64,000 nucleotides of DNA, from NCBI GenBank assembly GCA_964016885.1, contig OZ024747.1, forward strand, positions 92,194,001-92,258,000, written 5' to 3'. The position numbers were made by a program, and so were the translations under genes. Origin of the DNA: Eledone cirrhosa (Eukaryota). Below, piece after piece: positions 1-13,607 of the stretch. How positions within the stretch are numbered: position 1 is the stretch's first letter; each line of letters begins with the position of its first letter. Under the pieces are notes generated by a model. It was not told the origin of the DNA. It did no database searches and was given only the letters and a program-made list of their open reading frames with translations.

Positions 1-1192
1 AGGGTAGTAGAATGGGAAATAGGAAAAAGTATGACCCCGACGGCAGAGCTCAAGCCGTTTCGACGGCTATTTCTGGACTAAATTAGAATGTTTAGCCTGG
101 TGAATAATTAGCCGAACTTGTCAAGGGGTACTTCCTTATATGGGAAAATTGTAGTTGTCAAGAGGATTGGTTAAAATTTGTTGTAAACACAAATAAGTCT
201 ATCATGGCATCTGGTGGGAGGTAGGGGTGGCTCAACTTGCCTGTAGAACAATAGGGGAGTGAGTGGAGTGGTCAAGCGTTGAAAGTGATATGTATACAGC
301 AGATTCTAAGGATAGTGTATGAAGTGGAGGAGGGAGGTTATAGAATAGGTAAATCGAATGAGAGTAGGAGACAATAAAAGATACTAGAAAAAAATATATA
401 TATATAAAATTAGATAGTGATAAATGAATAAATAAAATCACAATTCTATCTTACAATTACAGGTTAATAAGTTGAGAATAGAAAAAACTTGTAGAAATTA
501 CAAAACTGATACAAAATTAAACGGGTTTAACACATCTGCTATAAGTAGTTAGTAAAACGTATTCGGCCAATTCTATCTTAAAATTACAGGTGTGGGGAAC
601 TGATGCTACAGAGGCCCGATGGACTGCATCGGAGTAGGCGAAAGGGGAAAAGCAGACGAGGAAGAAAGTGGGGGGTGGAAGGAAGTGATAGGATGAGACA
701 GGGGGAAGAAGAAGACAAGGAGGAAAAGAAAAGAGATACATCTATTTTTCTTTTAAGATAGCATTGTGATTTTTTTTATTCATTTCTCACTATCTAATTT
801 TTTTTTTTTTCTAGTATCTTTTATTGTCTCCTACTCTCATTCGATTTACCTATTCTATAACCTCCCTCCTCCACTTCATACACTATCCTTAGAATCTGCT
901 GTATACATATCACTTTCAACGCTTGACCACTCCACTCACTCCCCTATTGTTCTACAGGCAAGTTCAGCCACCCCTACCTCCCACCAAATGCCATAATAGA
1001 CTTATTTGTGTTTACAACAAATTTTAACCAATCCTCATGACAACTACAACCTTCCCATATAAGGAAGTACCCCCTTGACAAGTTCGGCTAAAAAGTACCC
1101 CCTTGACAAGTTCACCAGGCTAAAAATTCTAATTTAGTCCAGAAATAGGCGTCGAAACGGCTTGAGCTCTGCCGTCGGGGTCATACTTTTTC
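1..1192. mobile_element. Fold-back PLE-derived element: arms ~23-453 and ~754-1192, tail running off the left end of the window
   Basis: Diverged inverted repeat (ORFs 232..441- and 766..996+ give nearly the same peptide). Hammerhead in each arm. (TA)n at 1193. Confidence 0.8.
34..129 (-). ncRNA. Type I hammerhead ribozyme, U3-A8 variant with long stem II
   Basis: Reverse complement: ACCCC, TTGACAA, stem II (CGGCTA/TAGCCG plus GGCTAAA/TTTAGTC), GAAA, CGGC/GCCG, TC, GGGGT. Mirror at 1069-1181 (+) has an internal ~21 nt duplication. Confidence 0.75.
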
Positions 1193-1365
1193 ATATATAT
1201 ATATATATCCTTGTCCATGTGTTTATACCTTTGGTATACAAAGATTAGATAGCAAATCAACATAAAGTTTACAATTAGACTAAAGTGATAGCTATTTCAT
1301 TTAAATCAATTTCAACTCTTAAACATTTCAGTTTATTTTCTTAACTGGTTGATTATATTTTATAG

Positions 1366-1541
1366 AGGATAGTCTAAAATACTAAGTTTATTCTACGATA
1401 ATGACATTTCCGCCGATATGATTAATCGGCATACAAATGCCTCGTATTTAACACAATGCGAAAATTGTTTGATGCTATATGGAAAAAGGTGTACATGTGA
1501 TAATCTCCATACTCATGCTGGTGTCATATGTTCGAACAAAG
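1366..1541 (+). pseudogene. SRCR-domain-like exon (C-terminal half), possibly disabled
   Basis: Translates ...YLTQCENCLMLYGKRCTCDNLHTHAGVICSNK, then G|GTGAGT donor. AGVIC is the typical SRCR end. Acceptor TTTTTATAG at 1365, with an in-frame TAG at 1370-1372 (or an alternative acceptor at 1372). Confidence 0.45.
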
Positions 1542-2289
1542 GTGAGTAATATTTTAGTGTCATTCATTTAATAGGTAGATGCTGCTCTTCTCCGTGTTGA
1601 TCAAAAGATATTCATTGACGTCATTAGATTCCTAGCTTTTGCAACAAAGAATATGAAATTTACAAAACGGAAATTAGCAGAAATAAAATGTTCAATCTCG
1701 TGACAATCGAGGTTTCTTGATCGGAAACTGGCGGCTAAAAAATATTTATTTACAGAAAATAATTTCATTAGTTTAGATCAATTGGCAGAAAATTTATAAC
1801 CGAGACTTTCATTATTGTCTTCTATTTATTTTGTTTTGTTCAACTTACGTAAAAAGTATATATTAAACATTTCAATATAAATAGAATTAAAACCAATGAA
1901 GCTTAGAAAAGAACGGCAAGTGTTATTTTGTTAATTTGAAGGTTTCAACAATGCTGATAGGCCTTTATGAAATTTAAATTTCATGCAAAATTTTCAAAGG
2001 ATCTCTAATTTTTTATGCTAAATGAATTTTCATATTGTGATTGGATTTATGACGTATCAATCACATGTAATCTTTGTACATTTAAATCTAAAGTATTTTT
2101 CAAATATGTACACATCGCAATTAATATAAAGCCTTGGCGCACCAACATCTAACACCAGGAATTCACATACAGTCTGGTTAATCGTTTAGTTGACAGGTTT
2201 CAATATTCTAGAGAAAGACACTCTAACAGTTAACTTTGTCATTCACTTTATTGATCGTAACACGCTCTGGCTAATAAAATATCATTATT

Positions 2290-2480
2290 TGCGGTAGGTT
2301 GGCAGTATCGGTAGAGTGTCGGATGCCATGCTTTGACGCATAGAGTTACGGCCCTTGCCATTCTGAGTTCAAATCCCGCTGAGGTTAACTTTGCCTTTCA
2401 TCCTTACGGGATCGATAAAATAAAGTACCAGTAATACACTGGAATGATTGTTGGCCTTGTGCCAAACGTAGAAACAAATA
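2290..2480 (+). mobile_element. tRNA-derived SINE, representative copy. Other + copies start near 8150, 12488, 14810, 25183, 25835, 27483, 30148, 49745, 58058, 58483, 61240
   Basis: GCGGT..TTGGCAGTATCGGTAGAG...GAGTTCAAATCCCG...GCCTTTCATCCTTACGGG...GGCCTTGTGCCAAA.GTAGAAACAA. Confidence 0.88.
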
Positions 2481-2536
2481 TTTGTGTAAATAACGACATA
2501 ACGAGTTTGTCTTAGCTTACACCATCTGTGTTATAA

Positions 2537-2614
<78 letters not shown>

Positions 2615-2736
2615 CAACCATAATCTCGCTTGTACATATTACTCACACAATGGATTATGGAATGAACTTTTAAGGAACAAAACTAGTCTCAGAGTGGTTA
2701 CCATCTATGTTTGCAATGTGGCATGTGCACCCAATG

Positions 2737-2833
<97 letters not shown>

Positions 2834-3917
2834 ATATATATGTGTGTGTGTGTATATATATATGTGTGTGTGTGTGTGAGCAAATATTTCATATACCTAC
2901 AAGCTATGTTGTCGGTGCTCTACATTCTCTGATATAACACAACAAACCTACACGTCTTTGGTGACCAAATTGTTGACTCCAACATTAACATAGAAGGAAA
3001 TGTCAATTACTTCAAGATCTCGTATAGAAATCATTAATTCTGAGGTCGTTTCTTCATATTTCAGTCATTTATAATAAAACCAAAGTCAGCACATATAGAG
3101 AATCTCTGCAAAGATTTGCGTGACTTGTTAATATCAATTTCCCGAGTATTCAGCTTTCATTAAAATTTTATCCGATCTGGATAGGATCGATGTAACGTTG
3201 AATAACCTCTAAATAATTGAATAATCCTAAACCCTAATAATTATATCTGAAACTATACAAAAGCACTTAAATTGTTGAATTGTATTTGGTCGTCAAGTAT
3301 GAAATTTGTAGAGATTTGTAGAAAACAAACACATTTTTACAAATTTCATAGTTGACCCAATATTACAATAAAAGGTACTCAGCTTCGGCTGTATACTTAA
3401 TTGGTCGCCCAGTTTAACACAACACCTGCCTTTAGTGTTCGTTTAGCGGAGTCCACTTTGTTGTAAGGATTTGAGTTGGGTCAAAATTTGAGAACTCCTT
3501 TTTTTCCCTCTCACCAGTTTCGGTGTTCTTAAAGAATTTCAACCACCTTTATTTCATTTATACGCTTTCGTTATATCTTTGCTTTCTCTTTCTACACTTA
3601 TCTAATACAATACACTTTCTATACTACTCTACCCCACACCTTAATAAATATTACCATCACTATATTACATTCACCTACATAATACAATACTTCTGGTATA
3701 GCGTATAGAGTTGATAGAAAGGTTAATAGTTAATAGTTCAAATAGTGCTTGTCATTGTTAAGAAGAAGTTTTCAATAATAAACTCATAAATGTTCATATT
3801 TATCTGAGGATTTTTCTGGAATATTAGCTCTATTTCTTTCAAACAATATCTCTAATGGTGTTTTTAACAGACAGATCTTTAACACACACACACACACAGA
3901 CACACACACACACACAG

Positions 3918-3954
<37 letters not shown>

Positions 3955-3957
3955 ATA

Positions 3958-4130
3958 TAGAAATGGTTCTATAGGACTACAACTGTTTCATTCGAAAGAA
4001 ATCATCAGGAAAGCCCTTTCCTGGTGATTTCCTTCGAATGAAATCATTCTACAAAATATTTATACTCTATGTATTGAGTACCTTACATACTGTGGTTACC
4101 CCTGATTGAACCCGGTATAATACATATTGT
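3958..4130. mobile_element. Short fold-back element with mirrored hammerhead core and tail
   Basis: Arms 3986-4013 and 4017-4043. Minus strand reads CTGATGA TTTCTTTCGAAT GAAAC AGTT GTA. Tail carries GTATTGAGTA. (TA)n on the left. Confidence 0.55.
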
Positions 4131-4417
4131 ATTATAAAGAGCTCGGGATTCCTTCTCCTCTGAGCACATTATTGACAGGGAATAGCGAGAGCCTATGGCT
4201 CCGTTAATTTATCGTGATATTTCGCTCCTTATAACAGTCTTTCCTCTCTCTCTGTTTGGTTGAGCACACTTCTCTGAGTGGTTTGGGCTGCCCTTTCTAG
4301 CAGCTCGTCCCTCAGAGGCCACTGGTTACTGCCCTAGGCACGCTGTGAATTCTCTCTCCGACGTGTGGCTGGACGGTCGCTTTGGATTCTTTTAGAGTTG
4401 TCTGAAATGTATGGCCT

Positions 4418-4503
4418 TACACACGCTGATGAACCATGGGCTAGTCATTTCTGTCAACAACTTATTTGGTGAAACAGGATCTCTTTGGATTTGTACGTGT
4501 GTG
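4418..4503 (+). ncRNA. Type I hammerhead ribozyme, canonical core
   Basis: Stem I TACACACG/CGTGTGTG, CTGATGA (4426-4432), stem II ACCA/TGGT, GAAA (4471-4474), imperfect stem III CAGGATC/GATTTG, GUA site at 4493-4495. Confidence 0.75.
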
Positions 4504-4669
4504 TTAGATAGTTATCGAGGTATGTATTTACACTTTAATTTATACGTTTAATTATCGTGTGTCTACTCTGCCTTCCATGGGCTATAGATTCCATACACTG
4601 GTGTCTTTTCCCTCTTTGATTGATGGCGCACTATCTCTCTCTCTAGTGAGTTACCTTTTCAACATATTG

Positions 4670-4790
<121 letters not shown>

Positions 4791-5214
4791 TCTGTGTGTG
4801 TGTGTCTGTGTAAGTAGGGAACGGCCATCTTTATTTCTGAAGTCCAAGGCGGTATCAAAGGACACGGTATTTGACAGCAACCGAAGTTACCATTAATAAT
4901 TTTTCACTCATGATCTATATAGTTTCATTTCCTCTTTAGTAGCAAAAATAACTTAGAACTGGTTTAACGTTGAATTACTTCACGGCCTATCCAGTAATGT
5001 CTTTACAACAACATAAGTAAATTCAATTTTTGTATTTCTAACCAAATGAAAGATATTGTTAGAAAATAGAAGGAAGGCGAGGTTCAAATAAAATCATGTA
5101 TGTGAAATTCTTTGTAACTTATATAAAAACAACAATAGATATAATAGAATGCGATTTCGAATGTGATAGTATTACTTTAAATATATCAATAGACATTATT
5201 CCCAAAGGCGCGCG

Positions 5215-5834
<620 letters not shown>

Positions 5835-6091
5835 GTTATTATGTGGACATTGTTGTTTACTTAATCCTTTCTGTCTTCTCTGAGGGTATAAAATGAAAAG
5901 AATTAGTCATTAATTCCTTGCGTCAATATTGAAATTGTGATATATAAATATCTGTTATATATATGTATAAGGGTGCTGAGGGAAAGTTATTTACTTGTTT
6001 GTTTTGTTTTGTTTTTTATCGTAGAAGCACGTGTGACAAGAATATAATTGTTTCTACTTAAAGTTAACCTCGGCAGGATTTGAACTCAGAC

Positions 6092-6295
6092 TATCATTAC
6101 GTTTGTGGGTTGATGTACGCGCGTTTCGCTACTGATCAGCTCAAGGTTCGATCTGTATTGATCTAGCCCGACTTCGGAATCGAAACGTCGTCGGACCTCT
6201 GTCATTACAACCACCGAGGTCCGACGAGCTGATCAGCAGCGAAACGCGCGCCACCATCCAATAAACGTAATGGAGTAACCATTCGTCCTCGTATT
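6092..6295. mobile_element. Fold-back element (family also at 14561-15098, ~15910-15970, ~63205)
   Basis: Arms ~6092-6142 and ~6226-6273 containing GAAAC-GCGC-GTA (hammerhead 3' half), plus an inner hairpin at 6188-6227. Confidence 0.6.
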
Positions 6296-6300
6296 ATTAT

Positions 6301-6378
<78 letters not shown>

Positions 6379-6382
<4 letters not shown>

Positions 6383-6582
6383 GAAAGTGTCGGGTCTCCG
6401 ACGGTCGGTTGAGCTCTTGCCGTTTTAACAGCCAGTCCTAGACGTCGGGAACTAGCTGTTGAAAAGTTAATAGCTCAGCGGTCGTGGTCCCGACTCTTTC
6501 ATTTAACAATACTCTACTACACCAAGTATCGAGTACTCTGATGAGTAATGGTCTAATCAGTTTCTAACTGAATCCAACTTGA
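6379..6582 (+). mobile_element. Short fold-back element between (TA)n tracts (same family as 1-1192, 42696-42850, 48881-49105, 63678-63842)
   Basis: Arms ~6381-6440 and ~6447-6500. Tail ACTCTACTAC..AAGTATCGAGTACTCTG. Confidence 0.7.
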
Positions 6583-8369
6583 TATATATATATGTATATG
6601 TGTGTGTGTGCGTGTGTGTATAAATATATACATACATAGGGCTGGAAAGGGATGGGCTCCGCCAGGCTTAAAATGCCCAACAAACGCCCTCTGTCAATAC
6701 GGCGCCTCTACGTCTCTCTCAGGAGTTACGGGACCATATACACTATATATACATATATATATATAAATATATATATATATACATTCTGTGTTTGTGTCTA
6801 TGTGTTTGAAAGCACGCCGCTGATTAAAACAAGTCCTTTATTGAGGCAAAATAGTCACGCATTCGGTAAAATACAGAACGATAAATAATGTACTAGACTG
6901 AAATATATACTGGAGTCACTATGAACAACCAACGTCCCTGAACGCGGTGCCCCAGCATGGCTGCAGTCCATTGACTATTGGAAGGAAATAATGAAAGAAT
7001 GTATATATAAGGAAACAAATAAATTGCAGATTGGCTTATAGAAGACACGTCTGCAAAGAGAATTAGACACAATGTCGGCCAATATAAACCATTGATGCAA
7101 TAGACGGTTATTTAGTTACTACGTGGTTGACATGTAAACATCAACCACCTCTCATTCTTATCCCCACACTTTCTTTCATTCTATGTATACTTCTGTTGCG
7201 TTCGGCCCTCTTTATTTCCTCCCATATATTTAATAAACTTGTCTGATCGCCACAAATTCTATTTAGGTAATATTTCAGTGAAATACTCAACTGATTCCCA
7301 CATTCACGTGATTATTGCTGAAAGAGCTGTCGCCTGCTTCAAAAACACTTGTATTATAATTCTTTGCATAAAACTAAAGAGGAACCAAATAAATAAAACG
7401 TACCAAAATTTAATTTCTGTTGAAGATGTCTGTAAGAATTATCAATTTAATGCCAATCTTCTTCATAGGCAACGTCAGACAAGCAAAATTGAAGTCGAGC
7501 AAATAAGAGTAAATTCCGATGTATAAATGTCATCTCTGAAGAAGAACAGCAATTAATATTGGCATGTAACTAATTTGAATTACACTTCGTTGACAGAACC
7601 CAATCAATAAACTCTAAAAAGAAATAAATCACACTTACCTTTGGAACTAAATTTCTAGCTCCTTATATAACAGGTATTTTTTGTATCTCGAGGAGATATT
7701 GGTGAAATGCTTACAGTTTTAATTTCATGAGAGACATCAAATGGTGAAGCTAGTTTTAATAAAAAAAAAAGAATACATGTCTTTATAGATCATGGAATAA
7801 TGTGTAATGATTTCTATTTCTAATAATGGACTAACATTTGACACTGAACTGTTTTTTCTTGGGATAACAAACTGTCTACGGTAAACTGAATCAGTTGTGT
7901 TCCAACTGTAAACAAATTTTAGCTAATAATATGAAAGAAATGTGTAATACAACGTTTCCAAACACAATTAAAGGTGAAGTTATATACATTGATATGTATA
8001 TATGTGTGTACATATGTATGAATATATGTATGAATATATGTATGAATTTAAGTATGTACATATGTATGCATTTATGTATGTATGTATGTATGTATGTATG
8101 ACCACGGTATCCTCCCCATCATATTATTGCTATAACTATTACTATGACCATGCATTGGCAGTATCGTTAGATCGTTGGACAACATGCTTTGTGGTATAGA
8201 GTTACGGCTCTTTACGTTCTGAGTTCAAGTCCCGCCAATAACCTTATTCTTTGCATTTCGTTTTGTTTTAAGTAGTAATCTAATCAATCTGTCGTATTTC
8301 TTTCTAATCATTTCTTTCCTCTGTGTTAAACCCTGTCTAGTTCATTGATTAGTATTATTGTTATTATTA

Positions 8370-8695
8370 GGGCGATGGATTGGCTGTGTCGATAGAGTTA
8401 CGGCTCTTTACGTACTGTGTTCAAATCTCGTCGATGTTAGCTTTGCCTTTCATCCTTACGGGGTCGATAAATTAAGTACCGGTAATGTGCTGGGGTCGAT
8501 TTAATCGACTTTTCCCTCACCCAAAATTGCTGGCCTTGTGCCTATATAGGAAACCATTATTATTATTATTATTAGCTTTGCAATTCATCCTTACGGGGTC
8601 GATAAAATAAGTACCAGTAACGCACTGGGGTCGATTTAATCGACTTTTCCCTCCCCCAAAATTGCTGGCCTTGTGCCTATATAGGAAACCATTAT
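8370..8695 (+). mobile_element. tRNA-derived SINE plus partial tandem duplicate
   Basis: A-box-like TGGC..TCG.TAG, B box GTTCAAATC, core GCCTTTCATCCTTACGGGGTCGATAAA (Meta/MESC-like), (ATT)n tail. Confidence 0.85.
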
Positions 8696-9282
8696 TATGA
8701 ATTTTAGGCTTGACATAAAACGAAAATTTATAGTGGGGCAAAGTGTGCAGTTTACTGAACATAATTCAAGTTATTACTATCTAATTTTACCATGTCGATA
8801 ACCGAAATGCGGAGTCGAACCAGCAGCCAAAATAAATAGCTTTGATTTTAAAGTGTTAAACACATAATCTGTACAATTCTTTAGCTATACGTCTTCCTCA
8901 TTCTAGTTAATCAAAACCAAATCTTTTAAAGCTATTAATATATTGATAGTTGTCCTGAATCTATTCAAAATGCCTAATTAAATCAGAGAATTAAACAGCA
9001 AAACAACTTAATATTCATTTTTTAATATATTTTAGCCGATCTAAAGATACCTTAATAAAACGATTAGAAATATTCAAAGAGGAATCAATTCTGCTCGATT
9101 GAACAAGATTAGTAATTTATTTTTGCTTAAATTTTCAATTCTACTGACCCCATGATTTTATCAAGATTTATATTCGGAAATTTATTGAAAAATTCCAAAA
9201 TATTCGTTAATGCATTTCATAAAATGCATAGCAATGGGAAAAAATAACTAGTCTACCTTTCGTCATATTATTATTAGGATAG

Positions 9283-10120
9283 AGGGCGGTGGATTGGCAG
9301 TATCGGTAGAGGGTCGGACGCCATTCTTTCACGCATTGAGTTACGGCCCTTGCCCCTCTAAGTTCAAATCCCGCCGATGTTAACTTTGCCTTTCATCCTT
9401 ACGGGGTCGATAAAATAAAGTACCAGTAATACACTGGGGTAATTGCTGGCCTTGTACCAAAAGTAGAAACAATTATTATTATTATATAATGGCGGTAGTA
9501 TTGGCAGTATCGGTAGAAGGTCGGACGCCATGTTTTGAAGCATAGAGTTATTGCTCTTTACGTTCTAAGTTCAAATCTCACCGAGGTTGGCTTTGCCTTT
9601 CATTCTTACGGAATTTATAAAATAAAGCACCAGTAATGGACCGGGGTCGATTTAATAGAATCTCCCCTCCCCCCAAATTGCTGGCCTTGTGCCTATAGTA
9701 GAAATCATTATAGGGTGGTGGATTGGCAAAATCGGTAGAGCGTTGTATAAATGCTTAGTGGTATTTGTTCGGCTCATTATGTTCTGAGTTCAAATCCCAC
9801 TGAGGTTAACTTTGCCTTTCATTCTTACGGGGTTGATAAAATAAAGTACCAGTAATGCACTGGGAGAGATTTAATCGACTTTCCGATTCCCCCAAAATTG
9901 TTGGCGTTGTGCCTAAATCAGAAACCATAATTATTATTATGTGGATTGGCAGTATCAGGAGAGGGTCGGATACTATGCTTTGCAGCATAGTGTTATGGCA
10001 CTTTATAGTCTGAGTTCAAATCCTGCTGAAGTTAACTTTGTATTTCATCCTTACGGGATCAATAAAATAAAATACCAGTAATGCACTTATTAATTGCTGG
10101 CCTTGTGCCAAAAGTAAAAA
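9283..10120 (+). mobile_element. Four head-to-tail SINE copies (9283, 9490, 9712, 9941)
   Basis: Four ~190-215 bp repeats with A/B boxes separated by (ATT)n. Confidence 0.88.
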
Positions 10121-11785
10121 TAGTTATTATGTTTCTCATGTGCGACGGACGTATTCATATCGGCTCCAGAAGGCAGATTATTTTGAGTTATTTTAAAGTG
10201 GTATTTGTTGAATATTTTGTTATAAACTGTATATACGGGGCCATTCATTGCCCTATGAAAAGGCAGCAATTAAATACATAAGAGAAGATACTGAGTACAT
10301 AGAAAGGGTTAAAGAGTTCGGTACCATCAAGGTGCTCTTCAAAACCGAGGCCCTTACCATAAAACACTCTGTGACCCTAATAAAATGAATCACATTATCA
10401 TACACCCGTCCTACATAGGCAGATAAACTGTGAAGGTCTGCATTCTCAGGGATGCTAAACCACAGCCAACAACAACTAAGACATAACCCAAGGAGAAGAT
10501 GAGAAAAACTCTGCCATTCCCTATCCCTTTCTAAATAATAAATACACACGTACACACCCACACAAACAAAATCACAAACATCTGAAATAGACACAAACAG
10601 CGAAGAAACAAAAACGCATAAGAAGAAGAAAAAAACTCAAACATCTCACACACACACAACAGAAAAAGCAGATAATATACATACAACAAACACAGAAAAT
10701 TCAGCACGGAAGCCTCTATGTGGTCGTTCGATATTCAAGAATATTAGGTAAATATCTCTCTACATACGCCCTACCTTTTTGAATAACGGTGAGAACATTG
10801 GACAACATTGTTCTTGATATATAAAAAGAAATTCGATGGCCACAGCTAGAAGATATTCGATCATATGTCTTTATAATCAAAACTATCCTGGACCCAAACT
10901 GGATTATTTAAAATGTATGTTAAATATCTAAAATAAGTATGGAAATGTTTTGTTTAATTTCTCGTTACCTATTCGTAATTTTGTAAGATTTATTCTCATT
11001 GTAAATATTTATTTGAAAAAGAAAAATATGTCCTTCGAGTTAAGTCCATTAGCCTCATCACTATCAGTCATGTTGGATCCACATCTGAAACAGATTCTGA
11101 ACTCTTGTTTCATATTTTCACACTGACTCAAATGGGATGCAGAAATGTAAAATACCCTCTAGGTATCACCTCCCAGGAGAAATGAAGAAAATTATCTTCT
11201 CGTGTGTATAAGATGAAGACGTCTCCAGAAAAACTAACTGTATTAATGGAATTGTCAATCATGTTTCTGCTGTTTAACTTGCACAGACAGGTTTCGACAA
11301 GATGGCACTGAGCCATCGACTCGGCTCAAATAACATAATGACGTGTGAAATTGAATAACAAGATAAGAAGGAATAAGCAGTAGCAGAAAATATAAACAAA
11401 TGGAGGAGTTTGCAGCGTTATATGTAAAATTGGTTCTGTTCCTCATGACAAATGAGATGTAAATACACGCAGAGGTTACTGAAGAGAATGTTATGAGTTT
11501 TTCTTTGAATTCATTAAAATAACAATGCGTTAAACATTTCACTGCAAAGGCAGATTCTTTTAGATATCTATTCTGATATGGCATACATTATAAAAATGCA
11601 CTTGCACTCAATCACACTTACATATATATATGAATACATAAATAGGCATTTATAAATATATATATATACATGGAAGAACAGGAAAATCTAATTGGAAAGA
11701 AATGACAAGTGTTAAGCACATACATATATAAAGAAATAATAGCATATGTATAGAATTCATCACAACTGCGATGTTCTATGCACTG

Positions 11786-11865
<80 letters not shown>

Positions 11866-12021
11866 ATATACATATATATATGTGTGTACATATACATATA
11901 TATATATGTGTGTGTGTGTGTACATATACATATACATATACATATATGTGTGTGTGTGTGCATATACATATATATATGTGTGTGTGTACATATACATATA
12001 TATATATATGTGTGTGTACAC

Positions 12022-12063
<42 letters not shown>

Positions 12064-13421
12064 ATGTGTGTGTGTGTATACATATATACATATATATGTC
12101 TGTGTCTGAGTGTGTGTGTGTATTTATGTATATAGATGTGTAAGGATGGATGCATTTATATGTTTGCTTGTCTGAGTGTTTGCATAATTAATATATCTAT
12201 GCATATATGAATGATTGGATATCTATTTCGACACTTTGAAGAATGAATATGCTTAAGCAATTTAATAGAAACTTCTTCAATCTTCCCATACTCGTCACAT
12301 TGCCAATAAAGACAGCTACAAAAATGAAGCATAAAAAATTATTCATTTAGAAATGTTCAAATTAAACATCAACCTATTGAATCTATTGAGTAAGTTTATA
12401 ATGAAAACCTTGGAGACCTTGTGCAGCATCTCATTGGATGTAGTTCACAACCCCAGTGACAAATTAGGCTCTTTAATTCGACAAACAGGCGGTGAATTGG
12501 CAGAGTTATTCGAACGTCGGATATAATGTTTTATGGTACTCATTCCAGCTCTCTGCTCTCTGAGTTCAGATCCCGCCAAGGTCAACTTTGCCTTTCATTT
12601 TTTCGAGGTCGATAAAAAAAAAGTACCAGTCTAGTACTGGGGTCGATTCTTCCTCTATATCTCTTTCTCATTTCCACCTCTCTCACTTTTTATCTTTCTC
12701 TGGAAGAAATCTGCTGTACTCAGGCCTGGAGTGGGATGGGTTTCACCAGGTTTTAAATGCCCAAGAAACGCCGTATGTAAATACGGCACCCCTACGACTC
12801 TGCCGGGAGTTAGGGGACCATACATACATACATACAATTTTACGAACACTTGAACGAATTGAAGTTGATCTTTTATTAACATTTACACTGCTAAATTGAC
12901 TGACAATATTGTCAAAATATCACATGGCTAGGTATGATGCACTCAATCCATTATTTCTGTACGCTAACAAATTCTGAACATGGCCAGAACAGTGGAGGGC
13001 AACGGTCATTCAGCCTAGGTGTTCCATTACATACGATTCACAAATGCATGTCTCAGTAAGAAGTATTTTCCTGACCTAGGCTATAGTATAGTTGAAACAA
13101 GCAGCTATATGGATACTGTCATAATGTTGAGCCACCGATCAGCAAGTGGATAGGTAGACGGACGTTTGGGAAACAGCAACAATTAATACAGGTATGCAAC
13201 AAAGGTTTGTAAAGAAACTGGTGCTGATCTGCATTAACAAACCTTTTTTCCTTAATCTTCATAAATTTGGATAAGTATTTATGACGTGGAGAGTCAGGAG
13301 AACTGACCTTTAGAGAAAATCATTTTCTCCGAGAGAAATATAAGTACTGGATGTTGGATTCTTGTCTCACCAAACATAAAAAATATTTATATCTGCAATG
13401 TAAAAAAAGTGAGTCGGTAAA

Positions 13422-13607
13422 ATAATTGTTTCTACTTTTGGCACAAGGCCAGCAATTACCCAGAGCATTACTGGTACTTTATTTTATCGACCCCGTAAGG
13501 ATGAAAGGCAAATTTAACCTCGGCGGGATTTGAACTCAGAATGGCAAGGGCCGTAACTCTATACGTCAAAGCATAACGTCCGACCCTCTACCGATACTGC
13601 CAATCCA
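13422..13607 (-). mobile_element. Same SINE on the minus strand. Others at 16865-17083, 29555-29760; degenerate or partial at ~6050, ~20510, ~36053, ~50090
   Basis: Reverse complement of the consensus. Confidence 0.85.

Noticed and set aside
232-996. Duplicated small membrane-protein genes (69 and 76 aa ORFs)
   Set aside because: Pyrimidine-rich non-coding arms of a fold-back element.
9283-9375. tRNA genes at A/B-box sequences
   Set aside because: They are SINE heads: no cloverleaf, followed by the SINE core and (ATT)n tail.
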